From contig CAZILS010000003.1 of NCBI GenBank assembly GCA_964540145.1, positions 41,799 through 105,798 on the forward strand: DNA of 64,000 bases, read 5' to 3'. The stretch is from an uncultured archaeon (GTDB lineage: Archaea > Iainarchaeota > Iainarchaeia > Iainarchaeales > CAZILS01). Shown piece by piece: positions 9,439 to 18,743 of the stretch. Positions within the stretch are counted from its first letter, which is position 1, and every line of letters begins with the position of its first letter. The notes beneath the pieces were generated by a model. It was not told the origin of the DNA. It saw nothing but the letters and a program-made list of their open reading frames with translations, and made no database searches. Position numbers and translations under genes: made by a program.

Positions 9439-11790
9439 ATGAGAGTAAGAACAATAATTGTCCTGTCGTTTATAGCGATGGTTGTTACCGGGGCTGTTAT
9501 CGGCGGCTTGTTTTCTTCCATGGCGATGGACGATATCCTGAAGGAGGATGTGGGCAGCAGGCTCCGGGCGCTTTCAGAGTCAAGGGCCAAGCACGTTGAA
9601 ACATTTATCGACCAGTCTCTGGAAAGGCTTAGCCTTGTTTCAAGCAGGACAAAACTCAGGCAGAGCCTGTGGGAATACCTGGGCAGGGGGGACCCCGCAG
9701 AACTGGATGCTGCGAGGGGCATCCTCGCGGATGCGAAAAGGTCTGTTCCGGATTTCACCGACATCACCATTGTGGGCGAGGACGGCAGGGCAATCGTTTC
9801 TACCTCGGCAGCCCTCGAAAGCAAGGACTACTCCCGGGAGGAATTCTTCGCAAGAGGCAGGGAGGAAGACGGGCTATACCTCCTCTCGGAAAATGGCGAG
9901 CCGACAATCTACCTTTCCGGGCCGCTTTACCTCGACAATAATTTCCTCGGCGTCATAATAATAACGGAGCCGGCAACAACGCTCTTCGCCATAACCCTTG
10001 ATGCAGCCGGCCTCGGCGAGACAGGGGAAACTTACCTCACCGACAGGGAAGGCTATTTGCTTACCCCATCCCGCTTCAAGGAAAACACCTTCCTCGTCCA
10101 GAAGGCTTCCGGAGAAAACTTCAGGGAGTGCATTGCGGGCTATGAGAAATATGGGAACCTGCCCGAGGCGCTTGCTCCGGATAAAGGGGCAGTTAGCAAT
10201 TTCGAGGATTACCGGGGGAAGGAGGTTATGGGCACCCACTCCTATGTGAGGCAGAACGAGTGGTGCATGCTTGCGGAGATAGACTATGCTGAGGCGGTCA
10301 GCGGAATAAAGGAGCGGCTTTTTTTCATAGCCCTGGTTTTTCTGGCGGTGTTCATAGCCGTGAGCACCGTCCTTGGCTATTGGATTTCCGGGAGAATAGC
10401 AGGGTCTTTGGAGGGGCTGACAAAGACAGTTGACGAGATAAGCAAGGGCAGGCTTGACATATCTATGAAGGGGAGCGGGATAACCGAAATACAGTCCCTG
10501 GCAAGGTCGCTTGAGAGGGTTCTTGCCAGCCTCAAGCTCGCTGTCCTGAAATCCGGAATTTCCAGGGAGGACCTTGAGCTGGGCGAGGCGATACAGGGGA
10601 GGATTGAGGCCGAGCGGAAGGCGCAGCAGTACCTCGACATCGTCGGCTCGATTATCGTTTCGCTTGACGAAAAGGGCAAGGTTTCGATGATAAACAAGAA
10701 GGGTGCGGAAATACTCGGCTATGCGCAGGAAGCCATTGTCGGCAAGGACTGGTTCGAGAATTTTTTGCCCCCAAAAATAAGGGACTGGACAAGGGATGCC
10801 TTCAACAAGGTAATTTCGGGCGAGGCAAAACTCGCCGAGTCCACTGAAAACCTTATCCTCACAAAGGGCGGCAGGGAAAGGCTCATCTCCTGGCACAGCA
10901 CCTTAATAAGGGGCTCGAGAGGCGCGATTATAGGGACGCTGGGCTCGGGCGAGGACATAACCGAGAAGAAGAAGGCGGAGCTTGCGATGCGGGAAAGCGA
11001 GGAAAAATACAGGAAGATTTTCGAGCTCTCCCCCGAGGGAATTGTGATGCTCGACAGGAAAGGCAGGATGTTTGCCCCGAACCCGAGGCTTGAGGATTGG
11101 ACAGGCTACACCCCGGGAGAGGTGAAGGGGAAGAGCGTTTTCAATGCGCCCTTCTTCTCCAATAGGAGCAAGGCGGTGATCGCGAAGAAGTTCATTGAGA
11201 GGATGGCGGGAAAGGAAGTTCCGCCCTACGAACTTGAGTTCCTCAAAAAGAGCGGGGGGGCAATCATAGGCGAGATTCGCGCAGCCCCGATAAGGAACGA
11301 AGAAGGAAAGATAACCCATGACCTTATCATGGTAACAAACGTAACCGGGGATAAGAAGAAAGAGAGGGAGAGGAGGGAAACCGAGAGGCTTTACAAAATG
11401 GTTCTTGACACATCAAGCGAGCTTATATATGTAGTTGATGCAAAGGGGAAATTCCATTACCACAATAATGCCTTTGAGAAAGTGCTGGGATACACGCACA
11501 AGGATGTGGAGGAGCTTAATGCCCTTAAGCTGCTGCACCCCGCAGACTACCCAAAGATACTGAAAATTGTGCCGAAGGTCATCAGTGGCGGAAAAAAAAT
11601 CGAGAATATCGAGTACAGGTACAGGAAAAAAGACGGAACCTATGCCCGGATTTCCTCCAATTTCGCCCCGATAAAGGATGAGAACGGAAAGAGGACACTA
11701 GGGGTTGGCATTTCAAGGGACATAACCGAGTACAGGGAAGAGAATTCAATTATTGGGAAAATGCCGAAAAACGCGAAAGGGAAAAAATAA
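9439..11790 (+). CDS. Membrane sensor TM-Cache-TM-HAMP-3xPAS without output domain
   Basis: Two TMs around an extracellular domain (GETGETYL..YRGKEV); HAMP; PAS/PAC ends EDITE, TNVT, RDITE; stop about 19 aa after the last PAC. Confidence 0.85.
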   Translation: MRVRTIIVLSFIAMVVTGAVIGGLFSSMAMDDILKEDVGSRLRALSESRAKHVETFIDQSLERLSLVSSRTKLRQSLWEYLGRGDPAELDAARGILADAKRSVPDFTDITIVGEDGRAIVSTSAALESKDYSREEFFARGREEDGLYLLSENGEPTIYLSGPLYLDNNFLGVIIITEPATTLFAITLDAAGLGETGETYLTDREGYLLTPSRFKENTFLVQKASGENFRECIAGYEKYGNLPEALAPDKGAVSNFEDYRGKEVMGTHSYVRQNEWCMLAEIDYAEAVSGIKERLFFIALVFLAVFIAVSTVLGYWISGRIAGSLEGLTKTVDEISKGRLDISMKGSGITEIQSLARSLERVLASLKLAVLKSGISREDLELGEAIQGRIEAERKAQQYLDIVGSIIVSLDEKGKVSMINKKGAEILGYAQEAIVGKDWFENFLPPKIRDWTRDAFNKVISGEAKLAESTENLILTKGGRERLISWHSTLIRGSRGAIIGTLGSGEDITEKKKAELAMRESEEKYRKIFELSPEGIVMLDRKGRMFAPNPRLEDWTGYTPGEVKGKSVFNAPFFSNRSKAVIAKKFIERMAGKEVPPYELEFLKKSGGAIIGEIRAAPIRNEEGKITHDLIMVTNVTGDKKKERERRETERLYKMVLDTSSELIYVVDAKGKFHYHNNAFEKVLGYTHKDVEELNALKLLHPADYPKILKIVPKVISGGKKIENIEYRYRKKDGTYARISSNFAPIKDENGKRTLGVGISRDITEYREENSIIGKMPKNAKGKK

Positions 11791-11814
11791 ATTAAGGTTT
11801 TCCCTATTTTACTT

Positions 11815-12510
11815 ATGAAACTTCCCGCACTTTATGAAACCCTCCGCAGGGAGTTCGGCCCGCAGTACTGGTGGCCCATCTATTCTTGCGGCAAGGGCAA
11901 ATGCATTTACAAACACCACAAGCGGTTAAGCGAGAACGAAATCTTCGAGATATCTGCGGGGGCTATCCTCACCCAGAACACCTCATGGACAAATGTGGAG
12001 AAGGCATTGCACAACCTCAAGGAAGAAAAGATACTTTCGGTAAAAGGCGTAGTTGAAGTGCACCCGAAAAGGCTCTCGAACCTTGTCCGGCCCGCCCGCT
12101 ACGGCTTCCATAAATCAAGGTACCTCAAGGCGTTTGCGAACCACGTCCTTGGCAATTACAAAGGCTCATCCAAAAAGATGTTCTCGAAAAAATATCCGCA
12201 GCTTCGCGAGGAGCTCCTTGCCCTCACGGGGATAGGAAATGAAACAGCGGACAGCATGCTCCTTTACGCGGGAAACAAGCCTGTTTTCGTGGTTGATGCC
12301 TACACAAAGCGAATCCTTGGGAGGGTTTACAGGCGCAGGTTTGACGATTATGATGCGCTGCAAAACTTTTGTGTTTCACAGCTTCCCAAATCAAAAAAAC
12401 TCTACAATGAGTTCCATGCGCTCCTCGTAGCGCAGGGCAACAAAGTCTGCAGGCCGAAGCCGAAGTGCGGGGAATGTGCGCTTGCCGGAAACTGCAAAAG
12501 CGCAGAATAG
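11815..12510 (+). CDS. Endonuclease III-like HhH-GPD glycosylase with FeS motif
   Basis: GAILTQNTSW, LTGIGNETAD, VVDAY, CRPKPKCGECALAGNC. Confidence 0.9.
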   Translation: MKLPALYETLRREFGPQYWWPIYSCGKGKCIYKHHKRLSENEIFEISAGAILTQNTSWTNVEKALHNLKEEKILSVKGVVEVHPKRLSNLVRPARYGFHKSRYLKAFANHVLGNYKGSSKKMFSKKYPQLREELLALTGIGNETADSMLLYAGNKPVFVVDAYTKRILGRVYRRRFDDYDALQNFCVSQLPKSKKLYNEFHALLVAQGNKVCRPKPKCGECALAGNCKSAE

Positions 12511-12563
12511 CCCCCCGGCGGCGCTACGCAAAGTATTTAAGGCAGAAGCCCGTTATACCCTGC

Positions 12564-13709
12564 ATGAAACTTAATCGCCTTTTGATTAGCGGTTTTCTTG
12601 CGATTTCTCTCCTTACCGCATTTATCGCCTATTTTGCGGTTGTGGCAAACCCAAACAAGCTTACGCCGCCGGAATTTTTCGTGATTGCGGGCAGCCTTAC
12701 CGTGGCGGCGCTGGTGATAGGAATATTCATTTCCGGGAGAATTTCCGGACCGATAAGAAAACTCACTTCCGACGTGGAACAAATAACCAAGGGAAAACTT
12801 GATATCCGGCTCGGGAGCAGCAACATAGATGAAATAAGGTCGCTTAACGAGTCCCTTGAGAGGATACTGGCAAGCCTCAAGCTCGCTGTCCTAAGGACAG
12901 GAGGGAAAAAAGAGGACTTTGCGATAGGGGAGGCGATACAGGCAAAACTGGAAGCAGAGGAAAAGTACAAAACACTGTTCAACAACGCCAAGGATGCCAT
13001 AATAATAGCGGACCCAAAAACAAAAAGATTAGTTGACGCAAACAAGGCAGCCGAAAAGCTAACCGGCTACGCAAGGGGGGAGCTTATCATGGTGAATGCC
13101 GATAAGTTGCATCCGGAAGACAGGATTAAGGAAACAATGGAGGGCTTTGAGAAGCAGGCAAAGGGCACAATCGACAGCGTAAATACGGAAGTCCTTACCA
13201 AAGGCGGGAAAAGAATCCCTGTTTCTATAAACAGCGCAAACATAAAACTCGGGGACAAGAGCCTCATACAGGGAATTTTCAGGGATGTGTCGGAGAGCGC
13301 AGCTATAGAGGGGGCTTTGCGCGAGAGTGAGGAAAAACACAGGATGATATTTGAGAATGCGAATGACATTATAATTTATGTGGATAAGGAGGGCAAAATC
13401 GCCGATGTGAACAAAAAGATTGAAACAATTTTGGGATACCGGAAGAAAGATATAGTTGGCGTGAGTTTTTCCAAGATAGGGGTTTTGCAGGCCAAAGTCC
13501 TGCCTAAGATAGTGAAGGTCTTTTCAACAGCCCTTGCGTCAGGCAAGGTTTTGCCGGTGGTTGACCTTGAATTAACCGCCAGGAACGGCGAGAAAATTCC
13601 CTTCGAGATAAGCGCCACGGCCATTGAGAAAGAAGGGAAAACAGAAGGGGTGCTGGCAATCCTGAGGGACTTAAGGGGGCGGAGCAAACCCGGGAAGAAA
13701 ATCGGATAG
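12564..13709 (+). CDS. Membrane sensor 2TM-HAMP-2xPAS without output domain
   Basis: Paralogous HAMP and linker to 9439..11790; ends RDLRGRSKPGKKIG. Confidence 0.85.
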   Translation: MKLNRLLISGFLAISLLTAFIAYFAVVANPNKLTPPEFFVIAGSLTVAALVIGIFISGRISGPIRKLTSDVEQITKGKLDIRLGSSNIDEIRSLNESLERILASLKLAVLRTGGKKEDFAIGEAIQAKLEAEEKYKTLFNNAKDAIIIADPKTKRLVDANKAAEKLTGYARGELIMVNADKLHPEDRIKETMEGFEKQAKGTIDSVNTEVLTKGGKRIPVSINSANIKLGDKSLIQGIFRDVSESAAIEGALRESEEKHRMIFENANDIIIYVDKEGKIADVNKKIETILGYRKKDIVGVSFSKIGVLQAKVLPKIVKVFSTALASGKVLPVVDLELTARNGEKIPFEISATAIEKEGKTEGVLAILRDLRGRSKPGKKIG

Positions 13710-13773
13710 GCGCTTTTCGCATCCCTAATAAACCTTTTTATACCCTTCCAGACTACCATATAAAGTGGATTGA

Positions 13774-15567
13774 ATGGCAAGGAGAACTCACTCGTGTGGG
13801 GAACTCACCGAGAAAAACGTGGGGAAGAAAACCCTTTTGCAGGGCTGGGTAGCCGGGAGAAGGGACCACGGAAACCTGATTTTTATAGACCTGAGGGACA
13901 GGGAAGGCATAACCCAGGTTGTGTTCAACCCGGAACGGACTCCGGGAATACACAAGGCAGCCCAGAAACTTAGGAACGAGTTTGTGGTAGAGATTGAAGG
14001 TTTGGTCACAAAAAGGCCTTCCGGAACCGAAAACAAGGACGTTGTAACAGGGCAGATAGAGGTTGTTGCAAAGCATTTGAACATACTGAACGAGGCGGAA
14101 ACCCCGCCGATAGAGGTAAGGGACAGGCTTCTTGCGAACGAGGAAACAAGGCTGAAATACCGCTACCTTGATTTGAGAAGGCCGGGCATGCAGCGCAACC
14201 TAATCGTTAGGCACAAGGTGATAAAGGCCATGAGGGACTACCTTGACCACGAGGGCTTTCTCGAGATTGAAACGCCCCTGCTGGCAAAGTCGACCCCCGA
14301 GGGCGCAAGGGATTACATAATTCCGGTGAGAACCTCTCCCGGAAAGTTTTTCGCCCTGCCCCAAAGCCCGCAGATATTCAAGCAGTTATTAATGGTTTCG
14401 GGCATGGACAAATACTTCCAGATTGCGAAGTGCTGCAGGGACGAGGACCTAAGGGCGGACAGGCAGCCGGAGTTCACCCAGCTTGACCTCGAAATGAGCT
14501 TTGTCGGTGAAGAGGACATTTACAGGGTTATAGAAGGCACAATGAAGGAGGTGATGGGCAAGACCTTCGGCATGAAGCTGAAAACCCCGTTCCCAAGGAT
14601 GGCCCACAAGGAATCAATGGAGAGGTACGGCGTTGACAAGCCAGACACCAGGTTTGGGATGGAGCTCTGCGACCTTACCGATGAACTGAAAGACTGCGAA
14701 CTAAAAATCTTCAAGGCGGCACTGCAGGAAGGCAAAGTCATAAAGGGGATACTTGTCAAGGGCGGGTCCGAGAAGTTCAGCGAGAAAGGCGTTGAAAAGC
14801 TTACGAAGTTTGTTCAGGTTTATAAGGCAAAAGGCCTTGTCAGCATACGCTTTTTGGAAGGAAACAAAATCAAGTCCTCTGTCGAAAAGTTCCTTGGCGA
14901 GAAGGATATCGAGGCTGTGCGGAAAAAGATGGGCGCAAAGCCAAGCGACCTTGTTTTGATAGTTGCCGACAAATACCCTGTTGCGAGCGAGTCCCTAGGC
15001 CAGCTCCGGAATCACCTTGGCAGGGAACTTGGGCTGGCAGACAACAAGAAGCTTAATTTTGTCTGGGTTACGGAATTCCCGTTCTTTGAATTTAACGAGG
15101 AAACGCAGTCCTACAATGCAACCCACCACCCATTCACATTCCCGCACATCGATGATATAGAATTCCTCAAGACAGGCCCTGAAAAGGTGAGAAGCAGGGC
15201 ATACGACCTTGTCCTAAACGGGGTTGAGCTGGGAAGCGGCAGCATCAGGATTCATAGGGCCGATATCCAGGAGAAGGTTTTTGATGCGCTCGGCCTTGCA
15301 AAGGATGAAATTGAGCTCAAGTTCGGCTTCCTTCTTGGGGCTTTCAAATACGGGGCACCTCCCCACGGAGGATTTGCGATAGGTCTTGACCGCTTTGTCA
15401 TGCTCCTTGCAGGCGCAGACTCCATACGGGAAGTAATAGCCTTCCCCAAAAACAAGGCCGGGGTCGCTTTGATGGAGAACGCGCCGAGCGAAGTTAGCGA
15501 CGAACAGTTGAACGAAGCCCACATAAAGCTCAATCTCCCTGAAGAAACCGAGCTAAAGAAGGAGTAA
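13774..15567 (+). CDS. aspS: Aspartyl-tRNA synthetase, bacterial type with GAD insertion, probably non-discriminating
   Basis: RTHSCGEL, RRDHG, STPEGARD, ALPQSPQ, RDEDLRADRQPEFTQ, YGAPPHGG; 597 aa. Confidence 0.95.
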   Translation: MARRTHSCGELTEKNVGKKTLLQGWVAGRRDHGNLIFIDLRDREGITQVVFNPERTPGIHKAAQKLRNEFVVEIEGLVTKRPSGTENKDVVTGQIEVVAKHLNILNEAETPPIEVRDRLLANEETRLKYRYLDLRRPGMQRNLIVRHKVIKAMRDYLDHEGFLEIETPLLAKSTPEGARDYIIPVRTSPGKFFALPQSPQIFKQLLMVSGMDKYFQIAKCCRDEDLRADRQPEFTQLDLEMSFVGEEDIYRVIEGTMKEVMGKTFGMKLKTPFPRMAHKESMERYGVDKPDTRFGMELCDLTDELKDCELKIFKAALQEGKVIKGILVKGGSEKFSEKGVEKLTKFVQVYKAKGLVSIRFLEGNKIKSSVEKFLGEKDIEAVRKKMGAKPSDLVLIVADKYPVASESLGQLRNHLGRELGLADNKKLNFVWVTEFPFFEFNEETQSYNATHHPFTFPHIDDIEFLKTGPEKVRSRAYDLVLNGVELGSGSIRIHRADIQEKVFDALGLAKDEIELKFGFLLGAFKYGAPPHGGFAIGLDRFVMLLAGADSIREVIAFPKNKAGVALMENAPSEVSDEQLNEAHIKLNLPEETELKKE

Positions 15568-15869
15568 TGATGCCCCCTGTGAAGATAGACAGGAAACTGC
15601 TTCTTGAGGTTGCGAAGAACGCCCGCCTCGAATTAACCGAGCAGGAAATTAAGGAGTTCCTTCCCCAACTGCAGGAAATCCTTGAAATTTTTGCCAAACT
15701 TGAGAAGGTTGATGTTAGAAAAGAACAGCCTTCATTCCAGCCCACAAAACTGAAGAACGTTATGAGGGAAGATTCTGTGGGGGAATGCCTTTCACAGGAG
15801 GAAGCGCTCTCAAACACACCCAAAACACACAGGGAGAACGGCTATTTCAAGGGCCCGAAGGTGGTGTGA
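15567..15869 (+). CDS. gatC: Asp/Glu-tRNA amidotransferase subunit C
   Basis: VAKNARL..NVMRED..ALSNTP..GYFKGPKV. Confidence 0.9.
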   Translation: MMPPVKIDRKLLLEVAKNARLELTEQEIKEFLPQLQEILEIFAKLEKVDVRKEQPSFQPTKLKNVMREDSVGECLSQEEALSNTPKTHRENGYFKGPKVV

Positions 15870-16552
15870 TGGAGGTTGTTTCCCATAGGGGCGCAGGCTG
15901 TCTTGAGCCCGAGAACACTTTGTGCGCAATAAGGAAGGGCATAGGGCTCGGCGCAGATTCTGTTGAGATAGATGTCCGCGCGACCAAGGACGGGAAATTG
16001 GTGCTGATGCACGACGCAACCCTTGAACGCACGACCAACGGCAGCGGAAAAATATCGGAAAAGACTTTCGATGAACTCAAGGAATTTGATGCCTGCAAGG
16101 GCGAGAAGATACCGTTGCTTTCGGAAGCCCTTGCCGAGGTGAAGGCAGCAGGCGCGAAAATCGAAGTCGAGATAAAGGCGCTTGGGATTGAGGAGGCTGT
16201 TGTCAGGGAAATCGAGGATGCGGGGATTGAGAATGATGCGCTTGTCATCTCTTTCTTTTACGATTCATTACTGAAGTGCAAGTCGATAAACTGTTCGCTC
16301 AGGACAGGGGTGATACTTTTCGCAAGGCCCGTGTCCCTGCTGCCCATACTGAAAGATGCGAAGGCCGATGTCCTCCACACGCACCTTGATTATGTCACGA
16401 AGGATATTGTTGGAGGGCTTTTGAAGGAAGGGATTTCGGTGAGATGCGGCGCGGTCAACACTGCCGAGAGTGTTTCCCTGGCGAAATCATTCGGCCTTGA
16501 GGCGGTAACAACCGACAGCCCCGACAAGATAATCCCGCTGGTGAAAGGATGA
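15869..16552 (+). CDS. Glycerophosphodiester phosphodiesterase
   Basis: HRGA..PENT, EIDV..TKDG..HD, EIK motifs. Confidence 0.9.
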   Translation: MEVVSHRGAGCLEPENTLCAIRKGIGLGADSVEIDVRATKDGKLVLMHDATLERTTNGSGKISEKTFDELKEFDACKGEKIPLLSEALAEVKAAGAKIEVEIKALGIEEAVVREIEDAGIENDALVISFFYDSLLKCKSINCSLRTGVILFARPVSLLPILKDAKADVLHTHLDYVTKDIVGGLLKEGISVRCGAVNTAESVSLAKSFGLEAVTTDSPDKIIPLVKG

Positions 16553-17982
16553 AGATAACAAACTTTGTCGGGGATGTGAGTTCAGGCAACATTTCTGTTG
16601 AGGAACACACCCGCAAGGTTATCGGCGAAATAAAAAAGCAAGACAAAAAGTATAATCATTTCAATTTGATAGCGGAAGAGCCTGCGATAAACCAGGCAAG
16701 GGAACTTGACAAGAGGATAAAGAAGGGGACTGCCAAGGGAAAGTTATTGGGCCTGCCTATTTCGGTTAAGGATTGCATCTGCGTCAAGGGAATGGAATCG
16801 AGGGCGGGCTCGAAAATACTTTCAGGCTACAAACCAACGTTTGATGCAACCCCTGTCCTTCGCGCAAGGGGGGAGGGTGCAATCATAATAGGAAAAACTT
16901 CGCAGGACGAGTTCGGCTTCGGAAGCTTTTCGGTTAATGCAGGCATAGGCTTTGAGAAGCCAAGGAACCCCCGCAACGAAGAAAGGGTTTGCGGGGGAAG
17001 TTCGGGGGGCGCGGCAGGCATAACCGCGCTTGCAAAATTCCCGCACCTCGCCTTTGGCCAGTCAACAGGCGGGAGTATCGTTGCCCCGGCCTCCTTCTGC
17101 GGGGTAACCGGCCTTTGCCCAACTTATGGCAGAATTTCAAGATACGGCCTCATGGACTATGCAAACTCCCTCGACAAGATAGGACCTATTGCAAAGAGTC
17201 CTGAAGAGGCAGCCCTGCTCCTGGAGGTTGCAGCAGGCTTTGACCACAGGGATTCAACATGCCTGCCCAACCCAGTCCCAAATTACACTAAATCCACGAA
17301 AAACAGCCCAAAAGGCCTGAAAATCGGCGTTGTAAAGGAATTCCTCAAGGGGGAGGCTGATTCTAAAATAACCGAAATAATGTGGGATAGCATCAAGAAT
17401 CTGGAGTCAAATGGCGTTAACTACGAGGAAATCTCCCTTCCTCTGAACGCAAAATACGGCATACCCGCCTACTACCTCATAGCGACGGCGGAGGCCAGCA
17501 CAAACATGGCAAAGTACTGCGGCATGCGCTATGGCGCCTCCTCCGAGCTTAAGGGAAACTTTGACGAGTACTTCACAAAGGTCCGCTCGGAGAACTTCGG
17601 GAAGGAAGCGAAGAGAAGGATAATGATAGGCACTTTTGCGAGGATGTCCGGTTTCAGGGATGCCTATTACCTCAAAGCCATGAAATTAAGGACAAGGCTG
17701 ATTAATGAATACAGGTCTGCGTTCAAGAAAGTTGATGCGCTCGCCAACCCAACCATGCCTGTCATCGCCCCTAAATTCTCGGAAACCGAAAAAATGAGCC
17801 CTGCCCAGGAATACGCAATGGACCTGATGACCTGCCCCGCCAATTTAGCAGGCCTTCCGCACATTTCGATTAACGCAGGCTCCCATAAAGGCATGCCTGT
17901 TGGCATAATGTTCACTGCCGACTTTTTGGGCGAGGAAAGGCTGCTTTCTTTGGGAAACGCCGCGGAGGTGCGGTTCAAATGA
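16549..17982 (+). CDS. gatA: Asp/Glu-tRNA amidotransferase subunit A
   Basis: Amidase signature VKD, GGSSGG, STGGS; KRRIMIGTF. Confidence 0.93.
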   Translation: MKITNFVGDVSSGNISVEEHTRKVIGEIKKQDKKYNHFNLIAEEPAINQARELDKRIKKGTAKGKLLGLPISVKDCICVKGMESRAGSKILSGYKPTFDATPVLRARGEGAIIIGKTSQDEFGFGSFSVNAGIGFEKPRNPRNEERVCGGSSGGAAGITALAKFPHLAFGQSTGGSIVAPASFCGVTGLCPTYGRISRYGLMDYANSLDKIGPIAKSPEEAALLLEVAAGFDHRDSTCLPNPVPNYTKSTKNSPKGLKIGVVKEFLKGEADSKITEIMWDSIKNLESNGVNYEEISLPLNAKYGIPAYYLIATAEASTNMAKYCGMRYGASSELKGNFDEYFTKVRSENFGKEAKRRIMIGTFARMSGFRDAYYLKAMKLRTRLINEYRSAFKKVDALANPTMPVIAPKFSETEKMSPAQEYAMDLMTCPANLAGLPHISINAGSHKGMPVGIMFTADFLGEERLLSLGNAAEVRFK

Positions 17983-18743
17983 ACGAGCTTGAGGTTGAGG
18001 TAAGGGCGGCGAAGGAAGCGGGAAAAATCCAGATGGAAAGCTTCGGCGGCCAGGTTTCCAGGGCGAGGAAAGATGACGGAACTTTCGTAAGCGAGGTGGA
18101 CAATAACTGCGAAGAGACAATTATTGGCATTATCAAATCGGAATTCCCGGAGAGCTCCTTTCTGGGGGAGGAAGGAGGGGAACAGGGCGAAGGGGAAAGA
18201 AAGTGGCTTATTGACCCCCTTGACGGCACCCATAATTACACAAGAGGCATACCTGTCTTTGCGGTTTCAATCGGGATGGAACTGAAGGGGGAGCTTCAGC
18301 TTGGGGTTTTACATTTCCCGGTTTATGGCTGGACCGCGGTTGCGGAGAAGGGCAAGGGCGCTTCTATAAACGGCAGGCTCCTGAAGGCAAGCGAAACCTC
18401 CGAGATATGCGAAGCCACAATCTACACCGCGGCCCAGAAAGCGCAAAGACAGGACGGAACATTTGATTACACAACAGGGAAGATTTTCCGGGAGGCGCAG
18501 GATACCAGAATTTTCGGGGCAATCGCTTTCGGCGGCCTTATGGTCGCGCAGGGAAGCTGCGATGCGGTGGTTGCCGCGAAGACAACCCCTTACGACATCG
18601 CCGCGCTTTCGGTCCTAGTCGAGGAGGCAGGGGGAAAGGTAACCTCAATTGACGGGGAGAAACCGCCTTACCTTGGCAACTGCATAATTTCGAACCGCGT
18701 TCTCCACGAAAAAATTGCAGCGGAGATGGAGGTGCCGAAATGA
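17979..18743 (+). CDS. Inositol monophosphatase family protein
   Basis: GEE, WLIDPLDGTHNY, YDIAA..EEAGG. Confidence 0.9.
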   Translation: MNELEVEVRAAKEAGKIQMESFGGQVSRARKDDGTFVSEVDNNCEETIIGIIKSEFPESSFLGEEGGEQGEGERKWLIDPLDGTHNYTRGIPVFAVSIGMELKGELQLGVLHFPVYGWTAVAEKGKGASINGRLLKASETSEICEATIYTAAQKAQRQDGTFDYTTGKIFREAQDTRIFGAIAFGGLMVAQGSCDAVVAAKTTPYDIAALSVLVEEAGGKVTSIDGEKPPYLGNCIISNRVLHEKIAAEMEVPK

